Below, one piece after another: positions 57,414 to 64,000 of a stretch of 64,000 nucleotides of DNA (positions are counted from its first letter, which is position 1; the number at the start of each line of letters is the position of its first letter). The notes beneath the pieces were generated by a model that did no database searches, was not told the DNA's origin, and saw nothing but the letters and a program-made list of their open reading frames with translations. The stretch comes from Gaiellaceae bacterium (GTDB lineage: Bacteria; Actinomycetota; Thermoleophilia; Gaiellales; Gaiellaceae): positions 4,712 to 68,711 of the forward strand of contig JBARRQ010000111.1 of the NCBI GenBank assembly GCA_049644305.1, read 5' to 3'. Both the position numbers and the translations under genes were made by a program.

Positions 57414-60400
57414 GTGGAGCGCCCGTCTGCGACGTACGCTTGTGGCGTGCTCACGTGCCCGAGTTGCGGCCAGGAGAATGCCCCAGACGCCCGGTTCTGC
57501 AACGCCTGTGGCGCCGAGCTCGCCGTGCCATATGCGCAGGAGGTCCGCAAGACCGTCACGGTCGTGTTCGCCGATGTGACGGGCTCGACTGCGCTCGGGG
57601 AGCGCCTTGACCCCGAATCGTTTCGCCGCGTGATGGCACGCTACTTCGAGGTGGCGCGGGGATGCCTCGAGCGCCACGGCGGCACGGTCGAGAAGTTCAT
57701 CGGCGATGCCGTGATGGCCGTCTTCGGCGTGCCGACGGTGCACGAGGATGACGCCTTGCGGGCTCTCCGGGCAGCCGCGGAGCTTCGCGACTCGCTCGAA
57801 GGTCTCAACCAGCAGCTCGAGCACGACTACCGCGTCTCGCTGCAGCTGCGGATCGGCGTGAACACCGGCGAGGTCGTCACTGGCACCGAGGAGCGCCTCG
57901 CCACGGGCGACGCCGTCAACGTCGCCGCCCGGCTCGAGCAGGCTGCTCAGCCGGGCGAGATCCTGATCGGCGACCAGGCGCTGCGGCTCGCCCGCGGCGC
58001 GATCGACGCCGAGCCGGTCGAGCGGCTCTCGCTGAAGGGAAAGTCGGAGCCTCTCCGCGCCCACCGGCTGTTGCGCGTCGTCGAGGGTGCACCCGCGCTC
58101 GAGCGACAGCTCGACGTTCCTCTCGTCGGCCGGAACGAAGAGCTCGCCAAGCTGCGTACTGCGTTCGAGGCAGCCGTCTCCGAGCGGCGCTGCCGGCTCG
58201 TCACCGTGCTCGGGCCGCCCGGGATCGGCAAATCGCGGCTTGCCCGCGAGTTCGAGTCGGCTTTGGCCGGTGAGGCAGCGGTCTTCTCCGGTCGCTGTCT
58301 TCCGTACGGTGAGGGCATCACGTACTGGCCGCTCGTCGAGATTTTCCGGGAGGCAGACGCCGAGGACGAGCTCGCCGCCGCACTCTCGAAAGGAGCGCCC
58401 GAGGAGATCTCGTGGTCAGTGCGGAAGGCATTCGAGCAGCGCTCCCGGCAGCGTCCGCTGACGCTCGTCGTCGAAGATATTCACTGGGCCGAGCCGACCC
58501 TCCTCGAGTTGATCGAGCACGTCGCGGCCTGGACCCGTGACGCCCCGCTCTTGCTCCTCTGTCTCGCACGGCCGGAGTTCCTCGACGAGCGACCGGGTTG
58601 GAGCGGGGACGCCCTCATGCTGGAACCGCTTTCCGAAGCCGACTCGGATCAGTTGATCGAGAAGCTTCTCGGCGGCTCTCGGCTCGACAACCGTTCGCGC
58701 AGCCGAATCCGCGAGGTGGCCGAGGGGAATCCGCTCTTCGTCGAGCAGCTGCTCGCGATGATCGCCGAAGGAGGCGACCCCGAGCACGTGCCGCCGACGA
58801 TTCAGGCGCTCCTCGCGGCCCGCCTCGACACACTCCCCGCCGAGGAGCGGAACCTGCTCGAGCGCGCGGCGATCATGGGGCTCGAGTTCGAATGGGACGC
58901 GCTCGGGGAGCTGGCGCCCGAGCGGCGCCGGCCTCCCGGTGCCGCGCTCTCGGCGCTCGTCCGCAAGGAGCTGATCCGGCCGCACGAGGTGATCGAGGAC
59001 GCCTTCCGCTTCCGGCACATCCTGATCCGCGACGCCGCCTACGAGCGAATCCCGAAGGAGCTCCGTTCCAAACTGCACGAGCGCTTTGCCGACTGGCTGG
59101 ACGGCAGAGGGGACGAGTTCGAGGAGATCGTCGGCTACCACCTGGAGCAAGCGCACCGCTGGGTCGCCGAGCTGGGCCCACTCGACGACCGAGCGCGGGC
59201 GTTGGCCGAGCGAGCAGCCGAGCACCTCGCCTCCTCGGGAAGGCGGGCAAACGCGCGCGGCGACGCCTCGGCGGCGGTCAACCTTCTCGAGCGCGCAAGC
59301 TTCTTGCTCTCCGCGGACGACGGACGGCGGCTGAATCTCCTGCCCTTGCTCGGTCGGACCCTGAGGGAGGCCGGTCGAACGGAGGGGGCGGAATCTGTCT
59401 TGTCAGAGGCGATCGAGCGTGGGCGGGCTGCAGGCGATCGTGCCCTGGCCGCCGACGCGGCGGTCACGCTCGCAGACCTACGGTTCCACCAGATGAGGAT
59501 CGGACGAGAGGACGTCCTCGGCGAGGTGGAGAGCGCGATCCACGTGTTCGAAGAAACTGGCGACGAGGCTGGGCTGGCACGCGCGCTCGCCCTCGGCGGA
59601 AAGCTTCGCTTCTGGGCCGGCGAGGCCGCCGCTGCGCTCGATGATCTCGAACGAGCGGCACGGCATGCACGCGACGCAGGCGACGGTGCCCAGGAGGCCG
59701 ACAGCCTTGGCTATGTGCTGGCCGCGACGTTCTTCGGTCCGACCCCGGTTGTCGAGGCGCTTGCGCGAGCGGAGGAGATGCGCCCACGGGCACAGGGGAA
59801 CCACAGGCTCGAGGTCAGCCTTCTGCAGATCCGCGCCCGACTCGAGGCGATGCAGGCGCGCTTCAAGACCGCGCGCGACGTGGTCTCGCGGGCGGGCACG
59901 CTCGCAAGGGATCACGGGCTCGAGGTACTGCTCGTGTCTCACGTCGCCACCTCGGCGGGATTTGTCGAGCTGCTGGCAGGGGACGCCGCCGCCTCAGAAC
60001 GTGTGCTCCGCCCGGCGTGCGAGAGGCTGGAGGCGGTCGGGGAGCTGGGCTTCCTGGCGAGCGCTGTGCCGAAGCTCGCGGATGCCCTCCTCGCGCAGGG
60101 ACGCGATGAAGAAGCTCTGCAGCTCACCGAGCGCTGGCGACCCGAGCGGCTAACGGTGCCGGAGGACGCAGACGCCCACGTGGGATGGCGGCGTGTGCGG
60201 GCGAACCTGTTGGCGCGCCGCGGCGATTTCGAAGAGGCCGAGCGTCTCGCACGCGAAGCCACGGCGATCGCGGGGCGAACCGACTACCTCGATCTCCGGG
60301 CGCAGGCGGCTGCCGACCTGGCGGAGGTGTTGCGCCTCGCGGACCGGCCGAAGGAGTCCGCGTCAGCGCTCGAGGAAGCGATTCGACTTTACGAGGAGAA

Positions 60401-60464
60401 GGGCAACGTTGCCGCTGCGGGGAGGCTCCGCCTTCTGCTCGCCGAGCCGCCGCTCGAGGTCTGA
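57414..60464 (+). CDS. Zinc-ribbon / class III cyclase / AAA (STAND-like) ATPase / long TPR protein, ~1005-1016 aa
   Basis: CPSCGQENAPDARFCNACG; VVFADVTGST, KFIGDAVMAVFG, RIGVNTGEV, AVNVAARLE; P-loop GPPGIGKSRL; extended TPR-like C-terminus. The true start may be GTG 57447 (VLTCPSCG). Confidence 0.88.
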   Translation: MERPSATYACGVLTCPSCGQENAPDARFCNACGAELAVPYAQEVRKTVTVVFADVTGSTALGERLDPESFRRVMARYFEVARGCLERHGGTVEKFIGDAVMAVFGVPTVHEDDALRALRAAAELRDSLEGLNQQLEHDYRVSLQLRIGVNTGEVVTGTEERLATGDAVNVAARLEQAAQPGEILIGDQALRLARGAIDAEPVERLSLKGKSEPLRAHRLLRVVEGAPALERQLDVPLVGRNEELAKLRTAFEAAVSERRCRLVTVLGPPGIGKSRLAREFESALAGEAAVFSGRCLPYGEGITYWPLVEIFREADAEDELAAALSKGAPEEISWSVRKAFEQRSRQRPLTLVVEDIHWAEPTLLELIEHVAAWTRDAPLLLLCLARPEFLDERPGWSGDALMLEPLSEADSDQLIEKLLGGSRLDNRSRSRIREVAEGNPLFVEQLLAMIAEGGDPEHVPPTIQALLAARLDTLPAEERNLLERAAIMGLEFEWDALGELAPERRRPPGAALSALVRKELIRPHEVIEDAFRFRHILIRDAAYERIPKELRSKLHERFADWLDGRGDEFEEIVGYHLEQAHRWVAELGPLDDRARALAERAAEHLASSGRRANARGDASAAVNLLERASFLLSADDGRRLNLLPLLGRTLREAGRTEGAESVLSEAIERGRAAGDRALAADAAVTLADLRFHQMRIGREDVLGEVESAIHVFEETGDEAGLARALALGGKLRFWAGEAAAALDDLERAARHARDAGDGAQEADSLGYVLAATFFGPTPVVEALARAEEMRPRAQGNHRLEVSLLQIRARLEAMQARFKTARDVVSRAGTLARDHGLEVLLVSHVATSAGFVELLAGDAAASERVLRPACERLEAVGELGFLASAVPKLADALLAQGRDEEALQLTERWRPERLTVPEDADAHVGWRRVRANLLARRGDFEEAERLAREATAIAGRTDYLDLRAQAAADLAEVLRLADRPKESASALEEAIRLYEEKGNVAAAGRLRLLLAEPPLEV

Positions 60465-60567
60465 AGCGACGCTTGTTCCGCGTCAACAGCGAGCACTGGG
60501 CGGAACTCACCAACGGGCCTTGTGGAGGGCTCGGGGAGCCGCGGAAACCGCCTAGAATGGCTGTAAC

Positions 60568-60640
60568 GCCCTCTTAGCTCAGTTGGTAGAGCACCTCCAT
60601 GGTAAGGAGGGGGTCGACGGTTCGAGTCCGTCAGAGGGCT
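60568..60640 (+). tRNA. tRNA-Thr (anticodon GGT)
   Basis: GCCCTCT-TA-GCTC AGTTGGTA GAGC-A-CCTCC ATGGTAA GGAGG-GGGTC-GACGG TTCGAGT CCGTC-AGAGGGC-T. A TAGAAT box sits ~10 nt upstream. Confidence 0.93.
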
Positions 60641-61800
60641 TCGCTGTTCAGCCTGCTATTTAGGCCTTCCTGTTGTCTGCGCTGACCATGGCCTGACGTT
60701 TCGGCGTCCACGCAACGTCCACGAGTGTCCACGGCTCGCGTCGGTGGGTTGAGCGCGTCGAGGAGCTTGATCGCGTGCTCGCGCCCGTCGCGGGCGAGGT
60801 GGCCGTAGTGGCGGTCGATCATCGTCAGGCTGGCGCCCATGTAGCGGGAGAGGTCGAAGGTTGAGATGCCGGCACGGAGCGCGAAGGTCGCGAACGTGTG
60901 CCGGAGATCGTAGACCCGCCGAAGCGGACTGATCCCTACGGCCTCCTGGGCGGGACGCCACTGGAAGGGGCGGAAGTGATGGATGTCCAGGTAGCCGCCT
61001 CGCTCGCCGGGAAAGAGCAGCGGCGAGCCGTTGCCATCCTCGATCCGGTCGAGTGCATCGAGAGCGCGTGCTTGCAGCGGCACCGCTCGCACGCTCGCCT
61101 CCGTCTTCGGGTGCTTGAGCTCGCGCTTGGTGAAGGAGCGGCGGACGTAGAGGACGCGCTCGTCGCGATCGACGTCGCGCTTCTCGAGTGCGATCCATTC
61201 CGCCGGCCGCAGCCCGGTCGCGGCCGCGAACAGGATCATCGGCCCGTATCGTCGCCCGATTACCGATGCGATGGCCTCGAGATCCGGCCACGACTCGAAT
61301 GGATGCTGCTCCTTCCGGCGTCGCGTCGGGTTGTCGACGCCGACCTTCGCGGGATTGACGTCGATCATTCCCCAGGCGACGGCTCGTTGCAGTACCTGCC
61401 GGAGCGCCTGGGTTGCTTCGAAGCGGTAGCCCGGCGAGAGCGTCATCCCCCACTCGGCGATCTCTTGCGAGGTCAGCTCGCCAATGCGGCGCTCGCCGAA
61501 CACCGTGGTCGCCTTGCTCAGCAGATAGCGCAGCTTCTCGATCGTCACCGGCTGGACGTCGTGCTGCGCCAAGTATGTCTCGACCAGCTCGTCGAGCGTC
61601 AGCCGCCGCGCGATGCGCGCCTCCCGTCGGAGCCGCTCGAGCTCGCGCTCGAGCGCGTCACGCGCGTCGGCCTTTGAGGCGTACCCGCCCCGCTGAACGC
61701 GCTTGGAGTCACGGCCGCCAGTTCGGTAGCGATACGCCCATAGCCGCTCGCCATCGGGACGGCACCGGGTTAGTTGGAAGACTTGTCCTTGTTGCACCAT
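60631..61800 (-). CDS. Tyrosine recombinase / phage-type integrase
   Basis: MVQQGQVFQLTR… with a GGAGGAG RBS (start trimmed from 61845). The catalytic region is …GLRPAEWIAL…DLRHTFATFALRAG…IDRHYGHL. The last 10 nt overlap the 3' end of tRNA-Thr. Confidence 0.9.
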   Translation of the reverse strand: MVQQGQVFQLTRCRPDGERLWAYRYRTGGRDSKRVQRGGYASKADARDALERELERLRREARIARRLTLDELVETYLAQHDVQPVTIEKLRYLLSKATTVFGERRIGELTSQEIAEWGMTLSPGYRFEATQALRQVLQRAVAWGMIDVNPAKVGVDNPTRRRKEQHPFESWPDLEAIASVIGRRYGPMILFAAATGLRPAEWIALEKRDVDRDERVLYVRRSFTKRELKHPKTEASVRAVPLQARALDALDRIEDGNGSPLLFPGERGGYLDIHHFRPFQWRPAQEAVGISPLRRVYDLRHTFATFALRAGISTFDLSRYMGASLTMIDRHYGHLARDGREHAIKLLDALNPPTRAVDTRGRCVDAETSGHGQRRQQEGLNSRLNSEAL

Positions 61801-62057
61801 CGCGGGATCTCCTCCTTTCAGGAGTCGACCCCCTCCCACGCCCATCGTGACGCCTCAAGAGGCAATACCGCTGGAGCGCGCCCCGTCGCGTGCCAGACGG
61901 TCCGGCACGCGCAGTACTAGCCGCCGCGTGACCGATGAGTTCCGTCCCTGATCGCGGTCTCAACACCGAAGGCCGATCCCAGACCAGCGATCTGGAGGAC
62001 CCAATTGCCCAACCAGGATGACACCAGCTTCCCCGAACGCATGCCCCTGCTACGGAC

Positions 62058-63440
62058 GTGATCACGGCTCACCTCGCGGCCACCTTCGCGGGCTTACCCG
62101 TCTACGTGCACACGATCGAGCACGCCGACGGCGTCGTCCTCGTCGACACCGGCATGATCGACTCGACGCCGGAGCTGGACGAGGAAGGCGCGCCGGTGCC
62201 GATGCCGGAGAACATCCCCCGAGACGTCGTGTGCATCATCAACACCCACCTTCACTTCGACCACTGCGGCGGCAACCGCCTGTTTCCCGGTGTGCCGATC
62301 CACGTCCAGCGGCTCGAGCTGCAAGGGCCTTATAACCCGCCGGAATGGGTGGATTTCCCGGGTGCGACCTACGTCGAGCACGACGGCGAGGCGGAGGTGC
62401 TCCCCGGCATCCAGCTGCTGCCGACGCCCGGCCACACGCGCGGGCACCAGAGCGTCCTCGTCGACACGCCCGACGGCCTCGTCGTCATCGGCGGCGACGT
62501 CGCGTACACCTTCCACGAGCTCGGGACCGGCGCGACCGAGGGACAGCGGCGCGTGCTCGCGCTAGCCGCTCCGACGTGGCTCACGCACGCGGAGGGAGGG
62601 CCGAAAGTTCCTCGCCGAACTAGGACGACGACGCGAGCCGAGAGCGGCCCTCGAGACCACCTTGCGGCGGACGCGCGGGGCTCGCGAGAGCAGCGCCCGG
62701 GACGCGGGCGCGTTGAAGACGAGCAGGCGGGCAGGCGCGTGGTGACGCTGGCGAAGACGACGACGACCGCCGCCGCACCATCGTCACTAACAGCCGGGAC
62801 GTGTGTCCGGCCGTGCATCTCGTACGATGGCGGCGGAGAATGCCGCATGGCGACGTCTGATCCGATTGCCGAGATTATCGGGGACTATCGCGCTTTCGCG
62901 GCGATGCAGCGCGACCGTCTTCTTGCCCGCGGCATCGACATCGCGCCTTACCCGCTCAGCCACCTCGCCGTCCGCGTCGCCGACTGGGATCTGTACGTCC
63001 ACCAGCGGACGCTGCTCGAGCGCCATGCGAGGGCGAACCTCGAGAACGTCTGGAACGGGCGTCCGATCTCCCTGATCGTGCTCTCCGAGCCGCTCGATGT
63101 CCTCGACGGGACTTCGGTCTCGCGCATCGAGCTCATCCCGCCCGTTCACCAGCGTGTCTACCGGATGGGCCTCGAGCACCTCGGCGTCGTCGTCGGTGAG
63201 GAGATCGACGAGTTCTCGCGAGTGCATCGGGCCGTGCTGACTGGCCAGCAGTTCCAGAGTCCCGACGTCGAGCCGGTCTACGTGCTGTTCGAGGACTTCA
63301 CCCACGTGAAGTTCTACCGGCGCTCCTTCTTCGACGTCGTCGAGGACGAGGGAGGGCGCTTCGACGGCTTCAGCCACGTCGACGACTGGGTGCCGCAGCG
63401 GCTGGTCACCGCCACCGGCCCGAACCCGCTGCCGCGGTGA
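62058..63440 (+). CDS. 460-aa ORF: an MBL-fold hydrolase domain (aa 1 to ~185) reading without a stop through ~80 low-complexity codons into a YecM-like domain
   Basis: HLHFDHCGG (HxHxDH), PTPGHTRGH, GGDVAY, WLTHAE. An Arg/Thr/Ala-rich stretch follows, then an in-frame ATG at 62847. Confidence 0.5.
   Translation: MITAHLAATFAGLPVYVHTIEHADGVVLVDTGMIDSTPELDEEGAPVPMPENIPRDVVCIINTHLHFDHCGGNRLFPGVPIHVQRLELQGPYNPPEWVDFPGATYVEHDGEAEVLPGIQLLPTPGHTRGHQSVLVDTPDGLVVIGGDVAYTFHELGTGATEGQRRVLALAAPTWLTHAEGGPKVPRRTRTTTRAESGPRDHLAADARGSREQRPGRGRVEDEQAGRRVVTLAKTTTTAAAPSSLTAGTCVRPCISYDGGGECRMATSDPIAEIIGDYRAFAAMQRDRLLARGIDIAPYPLSHLAVRVADWDLYVHQRTLLERHARANLENVWNGRPISLIVLSEPLDVLDGTSVSRIELIPPVHQRVYRMGLEHLGVVVGEEIDEFSRVHRAVLTGQQFQSPDVEPVYVLFEDFTHVKFYRRSFFDVVEDEGGRFDGFSHVDDWVPQRLVTATGPNPLPR
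62847..63440 (+). CDS. YecM-like VOC-superfamily metal-binding protein (if translated independently)
   Basis: ATG with a GGAGAA RBS. …DIAPYPLSHLAVRV…NVWNGRPISLIVLSEP…RIELIPP…GLEHLGVVV…THVKFY… resembles E. coli YecM as I recall it. Confidence 0.65.
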   Translation: MATSDPIAEIIGDYRAFAAMQRDRLLARGIDIAPYPLSHLAVRVADWDLYVHQRTLLERHARANLENVWNGRPISLIVLSEPLDVLDGTSVSRIELIPPVHQRVYRMGLEHLGVVVGEEIDEFSRVHRAVLTGQQFQSPDVEPVYVLFEDFTHVKFYRRSFFDVVEDEGGRFDGFSHVDDWVPQRLVTATGPNPLPR

Positions 63441-63567
63441 CGTAAGGCTACTGCCGGGCTACAAGACCGCCCGCTGCGCCAGCGTTCCGGAATGACGCCT
63501 GGGGAATTAACTCCAGCCCTCTGGACGTGCGCGCACCGCGACCCGCGCAACTCGGGCGCGGCCCAGG

Positions 63568-64000
63568 CTAGGCTCGGAGTGACAGGACGATCGCGCCGTC
63601 CGCTCCCGCGACTACCTCGCGCAGTGCTTGTGCCGCCTGTTCGAGCGGACGGACGGACGCGATCGGCACGCTAAGGGTGCCGCAGGCCAGCAGCTCCGCG
63701 AGGGCTGACAGCTGCCGACCGTCGGGTCGGACGTAGACGTCGGATACGGCGACGCCCCGTCCCTCCCGCGGCGGGTCGCCCGTGATCGTGGCGAGGCGGC
63801 CGCCGTCGGCAACCGCCTTCAACGTGCTCGCCGCCTGCCCGGGAGCAGCGTTGACGGCCTTGGGGGCGCCGCCGCCGGTGATCTCGCGAGCGAGCGCAGG
63901 CCAGTCGCCGTGGTAATCGAGCACCTCCGACGCGCCGTAGCCGCGGACGCGCTCGGCCTTCTTCGCGCTCGCGGTCGCGATCACGCGGGCGCCCCGAGCC
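63568..64000 (-). CDS. Zinc-type alcohol dehydrogenase / NADPH:quinone oxidoreductase family protein, C-terminal part (5' end beyond the window)
   Basis: …VIATASAKKAERVRGYGASEVLDYHGDW… then C-terminal …ALREVVAGADGAIVLSLRA, typical of an MDR-family C-terminus. The frame stays open to the window edge. Confidence 0.75.
   Translation of the reverse strand, partial: ARGARVIATASAKKAERVRGYGASEVLDYHGDWPALAREITGGGAPKAVNAAPGQAASTLKAVADGGRLATITGDPPREGRGVAVSDVYVRPDGRQLSALAELLACGTLSVPIASVRPLEQAAQALREVVAGADGAIVLSLRA

Larger units (their letters stand above)
60631..64000. mobile_element. Left end of a putative tRNA-Thr-integrated element (right boundary outside the window)
   Basis: The integrase abuts and overlaps the tRNA 3' end. 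No direct repeat of the tRNA 3' segment was found inside the window. Confidence 0.45.

Noticed and set aside
53584-60464. The cyclase-STAND proteins as a cyclic-nucleotide anti-phage system (Pycsar/CBASS-like).
   Set aside because: No adjacent effector gene with a cNMP-binding domain fused to a TM, TIR or nuclease module is present. The architecture matches regulatory cyclase-ATPase proteins better. It is kept only as a low-weight speculation in the finding.
61935-61955. Weak resemblance of GAGTTCCGTCCCTGA to the tRNA-Thr 3' segment (GAGTCCGTCAGAGG) as a possible second att site.
   Set aside because: It is too short and too mismatched, and it lies only ~130 bp beyond the integrase start, which would leave an element consisting of the integrase alone. 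It is not credible as attR.

Overview
This is a 64-kb, very GC-rich bacterial chromosomal window. Third codon positions are almost all G/C, and the six-frame track is full of spurious Arg/Pro/Ala-rich antisense ORFs. Gene order and protein sequences look Actinomycetota-like. My guess is a deep-branching Thermoleophilia/Rubrobacteria-type lineage, which cannot be verified without a search. Layout: (1) 1-17.8 kb, minus strand: the conserved transcription/translation super-cluster tRNA-Met, rpmG, secE, nusG, rplK, rplA, rplJ, rplL, [small secreted protein], rpoB, rpoC, [590-aa secreted protein; convergent GGDEF cyclase], rpsL, rpsG, fusA (5' part). It carries lineage-specific oddities: a roughly 300-aa variable region in beta-prime, and acidic C-terminal tails on beta, beta-prime and L10. 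(2) 18.0-22.5 kb, plus strand: six translationally coupled genes (ABC-2 exporter, creatininase-family amidase, NodB deacetylase, pdxH). (3) 22.5-31.9 kb, minus strand: an eight-gene peptide uptake/processing operon (HDAC-fold deacetylase, PA-M28 peptidase, S66 LD-carboxypeptidase, Opp/Dpp-type ABC importer). (4) 32.0-50.6 kb: a complete, secretin-less type IV pilus locus. It contains pilC, pilT-pilM-pilN-pilO plus a PilP-like gene, two tandem pilins, pilB, pilD, two minor pilins, a 577-aa PilX_N-type protein and a second PilT/PilU ATPase. Embedded in it are an SLT-M23 peptidoglycan hydrolase, a PASTA-domain protein and a Y1 HUH transposase-like gene. This is the most interesting system in the window. 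(5) 50.6-64 kb: redox enzymes, then two paralogous zinc-ribbon/class III cyclase/STAND-ATPase/TPR proteins flanking tRNA-Tyr and an MFS transporter, then tRNA-Thr abutted by a tyrosine integrase that marks the edge of an integrated element. No rRNA, CRISPR array or cas genes were seen. All functional calls rest on motif and sequence recognition by eye; no database search or computation was possible. Many gene starts were trimmed from the ORF track using start/stop overlaps and N-terminal motifs, so they are uncertain by a few codons.
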